A stretch of DNA of 64,000 nt from Reclinomonas americana ATCC 50394 (GCA_048213135.1 PS015009.1:806001-870000), one strand, 5' to 3'; numbered from the stretch's first letter, positions 28,958 through 39,420 are shown. The notes: generated by a model from the sequence alone, not told the origin. Program-made: numbers and translations.

Positions 28958-30505
28958 TTAAAAACTATACCCCACCCTGAACAGCACCGGCTGGCTCACC
29001 GGTATGTGTTGCTTGTGAAACACATCATACAACAACTGCAGTTTGGTGCCTTTGAAGAATTTCGTTTTTACTGCGATCTTCTTACTGATGCCTACCAGGC
29101 CTGCTGTTTGCCAGCTGTTGTAATCCTTTAACTGTTCTATATTTTTGAAACCGGCGTTCTGGTTGAATTCCACACCGCCGCTTACATAAAATTGCTTTTT
29201 GAGTTTCCAGTCGATGAAACTGCGCAGTCCCAGTCCCTGGTGGCTGATGGCCAGCCGGTCGATACGGCCCATACCCAGTTTGTAACTGGCGCCGATGCCG
29301 ATGATGCTTTTGTCGTTCAGTTTATAGCCGATGCTCAACGCGATGTCGGCAGTGGCGGGCAGCAAACTGTTGGCCTTACCAAACTGCAGGTTGGCATTGT
29401 ATTCCAGCCGCTGTTTGAAGGTTTTCGTCTTTTGGTTGTTGGGTTTGAAGTCGGGCATTTCCTGGTCGCTGTTGCTGCCACCCGCTTTCAGTACTTTGTC
29501 TTTCAACTGGGTGAGCTCAGCCTGCGCTTGCTGTATGTTCTGTGAAATGATCTGTTGTGCATTCGGTCCGCCTGCGGCTATACGGTCCTGTATGAGCGAC
29601 TGTACGCTGGCGCGGGTTTGCAGACCGGCGAGACTGGCCTGGTCGATGGGCGTGCCCGGTTGGCGGAATAATGATGACAACATACTATTCTGCTGCACAA
29701 ACTGTTTGAACGCCGGAATCTTGTTAAGGATGTTCAGCGCCGTTTCTTCGGCTTTGGCCGGGTCGCTGAAGATCTCTTTGTAGTTACGCAGCGTTTCCAC
29801 GTAGTAGTAAGCTTCCTTGTTGATCTTTTGCAGGTACTTGCTTTTGCCGATATATTTTACCGCTTCATCTACCAGTTGCTTCTTTCTTTCCTTAATGAAA
29901 TTTTCCACGTACTCGGCATTACTGATGTCCTTTTCCAGCGAGTCCAGTTTTTGGTTGGCTTTGTTCAGCGGCTGGATGAGTTTTTTATCCAGCTGGTCTT
30001 TCTGCTGTTGCAGGTAACCCAGGCTGGTATTGAGTTTGTCGCGGTACTGGTTGTACTTAGCTTTGTAGTTATCAGCTACGGCTTTGCCTTCCTTTATTTT
30101 TTGCAGCAGGCTGCTGAAACTGAGCTGGTCGTTGCCAAAGAGTTTCTGCGCCGTTTCGGGACTTACCTTTTCCAGCAGGCCTTTGATCTTTGTTTCCCAC
30201 TTGCTGAGCTTGGCCAGGGTCTTTTCTGTTTTGCCGGTGATGCGGCTGCTGTATTTGTCGATCTTATTGTCGATGCGGGTGATGTATTTGGCCGGAACGT
30301 CCTGTATGTTTTGGATAATACTGTCGGTTTTGGCGCTGATGGTATTGACCTTTGTTACGGCCTGGTCTTTTTTGGCGGAGAGTACTTTTTCGAAAGGGGA
30401 CGATACAGGAGCAGGTTGCTGCAATGAGCCTGTTCGCTGGGCAAAACATGCCGCAGAAAACAGTGAGAGCACACCAATGCATATATGTCTGTACCTGTTC
30501 CGCAT
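28958..30505 (-). CDS. Signal-peptide protein with long helical/coiled-coil region and putative C-terminal outer-membrane beta-barrel
   Basis: K/Q/E/L-rich helical middle; last about 155 aa with alternating amphipathic strands ending FRVGYSF (terminal Phe). Confidence 0.75.
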   Translation of the reverse strand: MRNRYRHICIGVLSLFSAACFAQRTGSLQQPAPVSSPFEKVLSAKKDQAVTKVNTISAKTDSIIQNIQDVPAKYITRIDNKIDKYSSRITGKTEKTLAKLSKWETKIKGLLEKVSPETAQKLFGNDQLSFSSLLQKIKEGKAVADNYKAKYNQYRDKLNTSLGYLQQQKDQLDKKLIQPLNKANQKLDSLEKDISNAEYVENFIKERKKQLVDEAVKYIGKSKYLQKINKEAYYYVETLRNYKEIFSDPAKAEETALNILNKIPAFKQFVQQNSMLSSLFRQPGTPIDQASLAGLQTRASVQSLIQDRIAAGGPNAQQIISQNIQQAQAELTQLKDKVLKAGGSNSDQEMPDFKPNNQKTKTFKQRLEYNANLQFGKANSLLPATADIALSIGYKLNDKSIIGIGASYKLGMGRIDRLAISHQGLGLRSFIDWKLKKQFYVSGGVEFNQNAGFKNIEQLKDYNSWQTAGLVGISKKIAVKTKFFKGTKLQLLYDVFHKQHIPVSQPVLFRVGYSF

Positions 30506-30785
30506 AAGCTGGTCAGTTGATACCGGAGAGAAGTATCGTAAAAGGGATTAGTGTAAATTATTTTTTATTGACTTCTGTAGACAGTGATGTTGGAGAGTTA
30601 AAGATTACATACAGCTGTTTAAGAAAGTGGACACAAAGATGTATTTTTTTTCGTCACACCCAATGTGATGAAATTATAACTGTTTCATTTTTGACATAAC
30701 TGCAACGATAAAACGCATATCTGTTTTGAGCCCGTTGATTTTTCCACATCGCGACATATTTATTTTACTAATATAATTAGCGGGC

Positions 30786-30815
30786 AAAAAAATTGCCCCC
30801 TGAAAAGGGGGCAAT
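30786..30815 (-). terminator. Intrinsic terminator of the 30844-37041 gene
   Basis: attgccccct-tttc-agggggcaat followed by a T-run on the minus strand. Confidence 0.8.
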
Positions 30816-30843
30816 GTATATCACCGACCTGGTACGGTCACTA

Positions 30844-33800
30844 CTATCTTGTTATTACCAGTTTTTCTGTTATCACGTCGTTGCCGATGAAGATCTGCAG
30901 GTTGTACACGCCGCTGCTAAAGCGGGTGAGGTTGTTCACCTGTACCGTGTTGATACCTCTTCCTACGGCAGCGCGCTGCGTGAGTATGGTCTTACCTACA
31001 TTGTCAACAATGCGTATCATGGCTTCTCCATCCTTATCGGCCGGGAAACGTACGGATACATAATCCCTCGCCGGGTTAGGCATCAGTACCACAGGACTCT
31101 TCGTCAGGGTACGCCTGATCACCAGGATGTTGCTGTATTTGATCTCGCCTGTTTTGGCGATCACTTTCAGCCTGTAGTAGATGATCTCACTGTTGAGGTT
31201 ACCTACATAATCACCGGACGCATAATCCTTCTGTACATTCAGCGGTGGTGTATCGGTTACGGTGCCTACTTTTATGTACGTACTGTTATCGGTACTTCTT
31301 TCTATTTCGTAGCGGTCTATTTCCTTAGCCGCGATGATGGACCATTTCAGCGCCACGTTGGTGCCCTGCAATACGCCGGTGAAACTGAGTATCTGCACAG
31401 GCAGTACGGTTCCTACATAACGCCAGTCGCGGTCGAGCTGGCCAGCAGTTTTCTTCTGCACAGGTGCCCTTGTGCCCGGTGTGGCATCGCCGCTGGTGCT
31501 GCCGTTGGTACCCATCATATACGATGTACCTTTTTTGTTGGTGGTAGATGTGAGGGAATCAAAACGGTTATCGAGTCCATCACCATCGGTATCCAAACCT
31601 GTTGGCGTTACCAGGTCATCGGCAATGTGGTTGAGGTTAAAGTCATTGCCTTCATAAATATCGAGCTGTCCGTCACCATCGGTATCCAGGTCACGATAGT
31701 CAGGCAATCCGTCGCCATCATGATCGTATACAAAGATGCCCGATCCGCCGAATGCCGCTGGTGTATTATCGTATGGCAGTGCCAGGCCATCACCATCCGC
31801 ATCGGTAAGGGTTGGCAATTTATAGGTAGCTGTGGGTTGCCCTTCGATGTTATCAGGTATACCATCGCCGTCACTGTCGATATCGAGGTAGTCGGGCAAC
31901 GCGTCGCCATCAGCAGTATAGCGTATGTTAAGCGCAGCCATCGCTGAAACGGTGGTTGACCAGCCATCGGTACCGATAGTGCCATCCACGATACCGTTGA
32001 GGTTCGCATCGGGCAGACCGGCTTCAATTACATCCACAATTCCATCACCATCGGCGTCAATATCATAGGCGTTCGGACGAAGGTCCATATCAAAGTTCTT
32101 ATTGGGCCAGCTGTCGGCCTTGCCATCATTGTTACCATCGGTTCCGGTAATGATGAGTGCCCCGGCACCTACATAACTGTCGTGTATACCATCACCGTTG
32201 GCATCAACAAAAGCGCCGTCGGGTTTGCCATCGTTATTACTGTCTGTTCCGCCTGATTCCACGAAGTCGGGGATACCATCGTTGTCACTGTCGAGATCGA
32301 TGAAGTTAGGAATACCATCGCCGTCGAGGTCGATATTGCCGAGACCCAGGCCGGTGTTGTAAGCGCCCGTATTGTTGATGTCGACATTCTGCGATAAGCC
32401 ATCACCATCGGTATCGGTGAAGCTGTCTATTTTACCATCTCCGTTGGTATCCACACCATAGGCTTCCACGGTGTCGGGAATACCATCATTATCACTGTCG
32501 AGGTCAAGCATGTTGATGATGCCATCTTTATCAGCATCGAAGCGGTCATCCACACCATCGCCATTGGTATCTATCCTTCCGGGGAAGGTTGGATCCAGGT
32601 AGTTGGGAATGCCATCGTTATCGCTGTCGCCATCGGCCTGGAAATTATCGTTGATGTAATCGTTGTTGTAATCCACGAATCCTGCATAAGTAGGATCATA
32701 AGCATTGATAACACTGTTGCCATTCGCATCGGCGAACGCAGCGCTCATGGCACTTTCCACAAAGTCGGCAATACCGTCTTTATCCTTGTCGATATCACAA
32801 CTGATGTTCACTGTTACCTGCTGGCAGGCGGTGGTGTTACAAGTACCTTCTGCCCTTACATAATAGGTTGTGGTAACAGCCGGTGTAACGCTTATTGATG
32901 CGCCAGTACCCACCAGTGTACCTGAGCAGGAACCGGTATACCAGCGCCAGCTTGCACCTGTACCCAGTGTTCCGCCGGTAATACCGAGGTTAACTGAGAT
33001 ACCGGGACAGATATTATTCTTGCTCCTGGTAGCGGATGTTGCCGCAACAGAAGGCTGGTTAACAGTGATTGTTGTTACCACGCCGCCGGTATTGGCTGTA
33101 CAGGGAGCTGATGTATTTTCAATACGCACCCAGTAAGTAGTGGTTACACTTGGCGAAGCCAGGTAAGTGGGACTGGTAGCACCCGCTATAGGGTTGGTAC
33201 CAACCACAGAGCCCGTGCCCCACTGATAATTCGCATTTGATCCTAATGTACCGCCATTGGCAATAAGGGTTGTTGAGCCCGGGTTGCAATAACCTGTGCC
33301 GGTAATTGATGTTGGCGCAACAGACGATTGATTGATGGTGATGGTTGTTGTTGTACCACCGGTAGCGGCTGTACATGGAGAAGCTGTGTTCTCGATGCGC
33401 ACCCAGTAGGTGGTGGTGCTGGTGAGGCCGCTTACATTATAAGTAGCACCCGTAGCGCCGGCAATAGGATTAACACCTACGGTGGATCCTGTGCCCCACT
33501 GGTAGTTGGCACTTGTACCTAATGTTCCACCTACAGCTGTTAAGGTTACCGTACCGGTATTACAGAACGTAGTTGATGGTGCTGAGATACTCGCAGGTGC
33601 AACAGAAGGTTGCGTTACGGTTACCACGCGTGTTACACCACCGGTGTTGGCACTGCAGGGTGCAAGCGTATTTTCAATGCGTACCCAGTACGTGGTGGTT
33701 ACACTTGGTGAAGCCAGGTAAGTAGGGCCGGTAGCACCTGCAATAGGGTTAACACCTACGGTAGAACCCGTACCCCATTGATAGTTGGCACCTGTACCCA

Positions 33801-36800
33801 GCGTACCGCCAGTGGCAGTAAGCAGGGTGGAACCAGGGTTACATATAGATCCGCCGGTAATGGATGTTGGCGCAACAGATGACTGGTTAACAGTGATCGT
33901 TGTTACTGCGCCACCGGTAATATCTGTACAGGGTGATGTTGTATTTTCAATACGTACCCAGTAAGAAGTGGTAGTGGTAAGACCGATCACATTATAAGAT
34001 GCACCGGTAGCGCCGGCTATAGGGTTAGCACCCACAACCGCACCTGTACCCCACTGGTAGTTGGCGCCTGTACCCAGCGTACCGCCAGCGGCAGTGAGGG
34101 TAATGGTAGCCGTATTACAGAAAGTAGTGGCAGCTGCATTAATGGCTGTTGGTGCAACTGAAGGTTGTCTTACGTTTACGATTTTGGTTACACCACCGGT
34201 AGTGGCTGTACAAGGCGCTGTGGTATTTTGAATACGCACCCAGTAAGTTGTTGTTACGGCAGGTGAAACGGTATAGGTAGGATTCGTAGCACCGGCTATA
34301 GGGTTAACACCTACAGAAGCGCCCGTACCCCACTGGTAGTTGGCACCTGTACCCAGTGTTCCGCCGATAGCAGAAAGGGTAGTTGAACCGGGATTACAAA
34401 TGTCGGGCCCGGTAATAGAAGTGGGTGCAACCGATGGCTGGTTAATGGTTATTGTTGTGGTAACACCTCCCGTTGTTGTCAAACAGGGTGAGGTTGTATT
34501 TTCAACACGGACCCAATACGTGGTCGTACTGGTTAGCCCCGTCACATTATAAGTTGAACTGGTAGCGCCTGCTATGGGATTAGTACCCACAACCGCACCT
34601 GTACCCCACTGATAGTTGGCACCTGTACCCAGTGTTGCTCCTACCGCAGTAAGGGTTACAGAGCCCGGGCTGCAAAGCGTGGTTGATGGCGATGAAATGC
34701 TGGTGGGTGCAACAGATGGCTTTAATCCAAGCAGTTTAACACCGGGAGAAATGTACTGGCAACCCGCAAGCAGGATGTTGCCTGTGCCGGCCACAATAAC
34801 GCGGTAAAATTTACCGGTGTCGGCCACTGCCACAGGGTTGATGGTATAGGTTATACCGGTAGCGCCTACAATATTAGTATACGGTCCTGCGAGTGCTGTG
34901 GCCACCTGCCATTGGTACTGCTTGGTGCCGGGCACTACTGCAGGATCAGTTACATTGGCTGTAAAAGTAACGGTACCGTTAAGACAGGCAGACGGGTTAT
35001 CAACAGATACGGTTGGCAACGGATCACAAAGCCCGAACACGATATCATCCAGCGCGAAATCATTACCGCAACCACCCGCGCCGGCATTCATAATTTCAAG
35101 TATGACATTGGAGTAGCCGGAAGGCATTACCCATTTCATACCGTGCTGCTGCCAGCTGGTAAGTTTGATTGTATCGGTAGTGTATTGCGTGATCACGAGA
35201 CCGGTGGTCAGATCCCTGATCCTTACGAGGAACACAGGATATTTAAAACCACCCAAACCATCACACACGGTTTGATAAGTGGCGTTACCAATAAAGGCAG
35301 CCCAGAAAGAGACCGAGTATTGCTGCCCCGGGCAGGCTACAGGCATGGTGTCCTGGTAAATGACCCTGGCGGCAACGTCGGCGTTGACGACCATCATGGC
35401 GTCATTCGCCACACCGGTATGCCCGGCCAGCGATATCCAGTTGGTGGGATCGGCCACACTCGGACTGTTCACCCGTGCAAAACGGTTAATAGCCAGCGGG
35501 GCTGTACCAGTACCGGTATAAGTGGTGCTCGCCGATGGTGAAGCAGGGAACGTGGTAGCCAGCGTACTTCCGCTAACCGTACCGAAGTTTTGTGTATATA
35601 ACGTTTGCGCCAGTGTAGCACAGGGCGGTGTTGTAGGTGTTAAGATGATGATGAATGGTGTGGGTTGTCCTTCACCAACATCATCGGGTTTATCATTCTG
35701 GTTCAGATCAGGTACATTACCATTCATGGAAGAGTCACGTACTGCAGCGTTGCGCCATCCATTGGCCGTAGCTATAGCACTGTTGTTGTATACTACCCCC
35801 TGCAATACACCGGATATGGTACACTTGATCTGTATCGTAAAGTTGTTGTTCGCTACAGGGTAACAGGGAAGGCTCTGCGCCGGACTTGATAAAAGCAGGT
35901 TGGTATTGGTAGTGCCATTGAAAGCCGGATTTATGGAGACACCTGCCGGGTTGCTGAGCATGGTTGCCGACACATTGGAAACGTTGAGTATTCCATTGAT
36001 GGCAGCCAGATTATCCGTGACCTGGACCGAAGTGAGTGGTACGTTACCATAGTTTCTGACGTACACTTCATACGTGACATCATACTGGTTAGGAGATCCT
36101 GTCGCTACAACAGATACTAATTTTTTAGCTGCACCAATACCTGAGTTGATCTGCGTCATATCGGTGGAGTATACACCTTTATTAGCAGCATAGGTATAGT
36201 TGATGGCAGCGGTATCGCCCGTTACAGGGTCGATCCTGCGGTAAGTACAACCGGAGTTATAGGAAGCGATAAGATCGCCATTGCCAAATGCAAGACCCGG
36301 CAGGGCTGTAGCACCGGCCGGCCTTCTTACCGTATCGATATAAGTACATTTAATATGATGTGTTGCGCCGCCATAACTGGTGTATTCAGGCGTAAAGAGT
36401 TTGTTGTCGAATACAAAGTACATCTGGCCGCTGGGCGTAAGCGTAATATCACCAGAGCCTACGTTCCACAGGGATTTACCACCAGTCAGGTCAAGCGTGT
36501 CCCTGGTGCCGATAACACCCGTGGTAAAGTTCACGGTACGTATAAACGCTTTAAAAGGAGCAGGGCCCTGGAATTCGAGCTGGTAGCCGACACCGTTAGG
36601 ATCGAAAGTAATACCACCAATATCAGTATTGAAAGTCCGCAGGGTATCGAGCGTTGTTGTGGGGCAGGCCGTTGGGCTCCATCTCCAGATATAGGACTTA
36701 TATGGTGACGCAACATTGTAGTCGGTCCATACATAATACAGCATCTGGTCGGCCGGGTTAAAAGCAACACTGGCATTGAAGATGGTAAATGGCTTATTAG

Positions 36801-37041
36801 CCGTGGAGTAACCGCTCAGTGGAGGAAAGTTGTTCCTCAGCACTGGTTTACAACCGGCAAAAGTGTTGTTGTTGGTAAGATTCGGAGAAACATAATTGAA
36901 GAAGTAAACTGAATCCTGCCCGCCGGAGCCGTTACAGTTATTCCTTCCTATACTTACCGGCACGCTCACCGTAGCCGGCTGCGCCATCGTGTCCTGTGCA
37001 AGACAGGACAATACGATCAGTATGAATAGAATTTTTCTCAT
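30844..37041 (-). CDS. Very large T9SS-secreted adhesin (tandem Ig-like repeats, TSP3-like Ca-binding repeats, type A CTD)
   Basis: Signal peptide; 7 PSVAPT...C...GTLGTGANYQW...TTTYWVR repeats; DxDxDG repeats; LMPNPARD...SGVYNLQI...EKLVITR. Confidence 0.88.
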   Translation of the reverse strand: MRKILFILIVLSCLAQDTMAQPATVSVPVSIGRNNCNGSGGQDSVYFFNYVSPNLTNNNTFAGCKPVLRNNFPPLSGYSTANKPFTIFNASVAFNPADQMLYYVWTDYNVASPYKSYIWRWSPTACPTTTLDTLRTFNTDIGGITFDPNGVGYQLEFQGPAPFKAFIRTVNFTTGVIGTRDTLDLTGGKSLWNVGSGDITLTPSGQMYFVFDNKLFTPEYTSYGGATHHIKCTYIDTVRRPAGATALPGLAFGNGDLIASYNSGCTYRRIDPVTGDTAAINYTYAANKGVYSTDMTQINSGIGAAKKLVSVVATGSPNQYDVTYEVYVRNYGNVPLTSVQVTDNLAAINGILNVSNVSATMLSNPAGVSINPAFNGTTNTNLLLSSPAQSLPCYPVANNNFTIQIKCTISGVLQGVVYNNSAIATANGWRNAAVRDSSMNGNVPDLNQNDKPDDVGEGQPTPFIIILTPTTPPCATLAQTLYTQNFGTVSGSTLATTFPASPSASTTYTGTGTAPLAINRFARVNSPSVADPTNWISLAGHTGVANDAMMVVNADVAARVIYQDTMPVACPGQQYSVSFWAAFIGNATYQTVCDGLGGFKYPVFLVRIRDLTTGLVITQYTTDTIKLTSWQQHGMKWVMPSGYSNVILEIMNAGAGGCGNDFALDDIVFGLCDPLPTVSVDNPSACLNGTVTFTANVTDPAVVPGTKQYQWQVATALAGPYTNIVGATGITYTINPVAVADTGKFYRVIVAGTGNILLAGCQYISPGVKLLGLKPSVAPTSISSPSTTLCSPGSVTLTAVGATLGTGANYQWGTGAVVGTNPIAGATSSTYNVTGLTSTTTYWVRVENTTSPCLTTTGGVTTTITINQPSVAPTSITGPDICNPGSTTLSAIGGTLGTGANYQWGTGASVGVNPIAGATNPTYTVSPAVTTTYWVRIQNTTAPCTATTGGVTKIVNVRQPSVAPTAINAAATTFCNTATITLTAAGGTLGTGANYQWGTGAVVGANPIAGATGASYNVIGLTTTTSYWVRIENTTSPCTDITGGAVTTITVNQSSVAPTSITGGSICNPGSTLLTATGGTLGTGANYQWGTGSTVGVNPIAGATGPTYLASPSVTTTYWVRIENTLAPCSANTGGVTRVVTVTQPSVAPASISAPSTTFCNTGTVTLTAVGGTLGTSANYQWGTGSTVGVNPIAGATGATYNVSGLTSTTTYWVRIENTASPCTAATGGTTTTITINQSSVAPTSITGTGYCNPGSTTLIANGGTLGSNANYQWGTGSVVGTNPIAGATSPTYLASPSVTTTYWVRIENTSAPCTANTGGVVTTITVNQPSVAATSATRSKNNICPGISVNLGITGGTLGTGASWRWYTGSCSGTLVGTGASISVTPAVTTTYYVRAEGTCNTTACQQVTVNISCDIDKDKDGIADFVESAMSAAFADANGNSVINAYDPTYAGFVDYNNDYINDNFQADGDSDNDGIPNYLDPTFPGRIDTNGDGVDDRFDADKDGIINMLDLDSDNDGIPDTVEAYGVDTNGDGKIDSFTDTDGDGLSQNVDINNTGAYNTGLGLGNIDLDGDGIPNFIDLDSDNDGIPDFVESGGTDSNNDGKPDGAFVDANGDGIHDSYVGAGALIITGTDGNNDGKADSWPNKNFDMDLRPNAYDIDADGDGIVDVIEAGLPDANLNGIVDGTIGTDGWSTTVSAMAALNIRYTADGDALPDYLDIDSDGDGIPDNIEGQPTATYKLPTLTDADGDGLALPYDNTPAAFGGSGIFVYDHDGDGLPDYRDLDTDGDGQLDIYEGNDFNLNHIADDLVTPTGLDTDGDGLDNRFDSLTSTTNKKGTSYMMGTNGSTSGDATPGTRAPVQKKTAGQLDRDWRYVGTVLPVQILSFTGVLQGTNVALKWSIIAAKEIDRYEIERSTDNSTYIKVGTVTDTPPLNVQKDYASGDYVGNLNSEIIYYRLKVIAKTGEIKYSNILVIRRTLTKSPVVLMPNPARDYVSVRFPADKDGEAMIRIVDNVGKTILTQRAAVGRGINTVQVNNLTRFSSGVYNLQIFIGNDVITEKLVITR

Positions 37042-37080
37042 AGTAGTGATATTGGTAGGTGACGCACAGGCATTTTACTG

Positions 37081-39420
37081 CTAGTGACTGATATAAAATT
37101 TATAGGATTGTGATTCCTGCCCTTCGAGCAGTACCTGGGCAATGTACATCCCCGCAGGTAACGTGCTTACATCATAATGAATGAACTCGTTGGCAGTGCC
37201 CGCTTCCATCACACTCTTTCCGTCGATACCAACGATCCTTACCGTAGCTTTCTGGCGTGAAGGATTGGTGAAACTCACAGTAATCACATCATTGGCCGGG
37301 CTGGGCGATACCTGCATGGTTGCTTTCACACCAGTACGCTGAACCTTAACAACACTGGAGTAATCAGATCTGCCGGCCGTAAATATCTGTGCCCTGTAAT
37401 AGATAACCGGGGCGGAAATGTTATTATCTGTATAGCGGAAGCTGTACACCTGGTTGTTCTGACCAGACTGGATCATATTGCCGATCTCTGTAAAATCAAC
37501 ACCATTCTCACTTCTCAGCAACACTACTTTGCTTATATTTTCATTGCTGCCAACCGACAGGTTAAGCTGGTTGCCCAGTTGCAGTTGTGTAGCCCTGAAG
37601 TCGTTGATATTAGTGGCAAGCGGTGTCGCACTGGTATTAATGGTACCTGTAGCCATGGTCACATTGCCCGGGTCAAAAGTGATGGTAGCGGGTGTGAATG
37701 ACAGCCTGTAACTTACGAAGCTGGCTCCGGCAGGTCCCATACCTTCAGTTATGCCGGCCCAACCCAGCTGCGTTGCGGAGTGATGATAAATTACAACTGT
37801 AGTGTCCTTTGTACCCGCCGCGTTGGCAATGTTCAGTACCACGGGCATCGGCATAAATGGCGTAGCCGTCGGGTTGCGGGTTTGCGATAAAGTAAATTGT
37901 ATGGTATTCCCGCTTATATAACGGTTAACTGTATACGAAGGTGTTCCCGATCCGTCTACCCAGGCGGTGAAGAACGGGGTAAGGTTAACGCCGGGCATCT
38001 GGGCCTCCAGGTTACGCTGCAGGTCGGCGCTGGTAGCGGATTTGTAAGCCAGCAACGGATCTGACTGGTATGCCTTGAGGCCTGCGAAGAATTTAGCGTC
38101 TCCCATCATGGCCCTGAGCATGGATACGATCATGGCGCCACGCTGGTATACCGCATTATCGTTGGCGGTAGTCCAGATGGTATTGGAACTGGCAATACTG
38201 GCTGCACTCAGTTTTACAGGAGTAGTATTCGTACTGCGTGCTGTTGATTTGATACTTGATAAATGACTGGCCGGTGTAACGCCGATCGCGGGAATAGTTT
38301 CCGCAGCCAGCACTTCGGAATATTTGGCAAATCCTTCGGCCAGCCAGAGATGGCTCCAAGTAGCAAAAGATACTTTATCGCCAAACCACTGGTGACCCAG
38401 TTCATGCGCCACAACAGACCAGCTGCCCATACTTCCCATGCTCATGGCCGAGAAGGTCTGGTGCTCCATACCCCCGCCCCAGGCAAACTGGTAATAGCCA
38501 TGTTTTTCATCAGCGAAAGGATAGGGCCCGTACTTATTACTGAATTCTGTCAGCATCGTTTTCGAAAGATCCATAGTATTCAGCGTGGCGGCAGACGGTG
38601 TGCTGTAAGTATAATATACAACAGGCACCTGCTTGCCCGAAATAGTTACTGTTCCCCTGTGGTACGCAGTATAACGGGCAACACCCAATGCCACCAGGTA
38701 AGAGGCAATGGGATACCTGTGCTTGAATTTAAAAGTGCGGTTGGCACCGTTGATGGTGGAGTCAATCAGCTTACCGGCAGTAGCCACCCAATAGTTATTA
38801 GGAACGGTTACGTTGATGTCCATAGAATCGATCTTATCCTGCATATCCGCTTTACATGGCCACCAGTCTTTGTCCTCGTAAGATTCAGAGAGGGTATAAA
38901 TATACCAGTTACCCGATCCCGCGGTTACTTCACCACGCTGGAAACCTTCTGCCTGTCCGTTCACCCCGGGAGGCGTACCCGAATAAGTAATGCTCACCGA
39001 ATCCAGTGTGCCACTGGTTGTGATGGTGGAAGGAAGGGTAATGGTCAGTATATCTGTATAACCACTCGCAGGGAACGAGGTGGTACAGGTTGTGCCGTGG
39101 TATTTCACCACAAGCGAACCGTTATTGAAAGAAGTTTTGTTAAGGTCGAAAGTAAGAGAACTTACATTGGCAGCTATTGTTCTGAAATAAGTAGTTACCG
39201 TTCCATTAATGTTTTTACCTGAAACCGGGTTAATGTTCCAGTCGCAGCGATGGTACACAACATTGATATTGGAGCCGGTTCCCGAATTACCTGTAGAAGA
39301 GGAAGTGTTGTCACCATGACCGCCGCTGCGGCGATGGTAAGTTTCGTCAGGAGATTGAGCGAACGTTAGCTGGCACAGACAGGCATATAGCACTGCCATC
39401 AGAAGATAGAGCTTTTTCAT
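37081..39420 (-). CDS. T9SS-secreted M1 family aminopeptidase
   Basis: GGMEH, HELGHQWFGD...WLAEGF zinc motif; C-terminal CTD (VSPSPAND...LPAGMYIAQV). Confidence 0.92.
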   Translation of the reverse strand: MKKLYLLMAVLYACLCQLTFAQSPDETYHRRSGGHGDNTSSSTGNSGTGSNINVVYHRCDWNINPVSGKNINGTVTTYFRTIAANVSSLTFDLNKTSFNNGSLVVKYHGTTCTTSFPASGYTDILTITLPSTITTSGTLDSVSITYSGTPPGVNGQAEGFQRGEVTAGSGNWYIYTLSESYEDKDWWPCKADMQDKIDSMDINVTVPNNYWVATAGKLIDSTINGANRTFKFKHRYPIASYLVALGVARYTAYHRGTVTISGKQVPVVYYTYSTPSAATLNTMDLSKTMLTEFSNKYGPYPFADEKHGYYQFAWGGGMEHQTFSAMSMGSMGSWSVVAHELGHQWFGDKVSFATWSHLWLAEGFAKYSEVLAAETIPAIGVTPASHLSSIKSTARSTNTTPVKLSAASIASSNTIWTTANDNAVYQRGAMIVSMLRAMMGDAKFFAGLKAYQSDPLLAYKSATSADLQRNLEAQMPGVNLTPFFTAWVDGSGTPSYTVNRYISGNTIQFTLSQTRNPTATPFMPMPVVLNIANAAGTKDTTVVIYHHSATQLGWAGITEGMGPAGASFVSYRLSFTPATITFDPGNVTMATGTINTSATPLATNINDFRATQLQLGNQLNLSVGSNENISKVVLLRSENGVDFTEIGNMIQSGQNNQVYSFRYTDNNISAPVIYYRAQIFTAGRSDYSSVVKVQRTGVKATMQVSPSPANDVITVSFTNPSRQKATVRIVGIDGKSVMEAGTANEFIHYDVSTLPAGMYIAQVLLEGQESQSYKFYISH

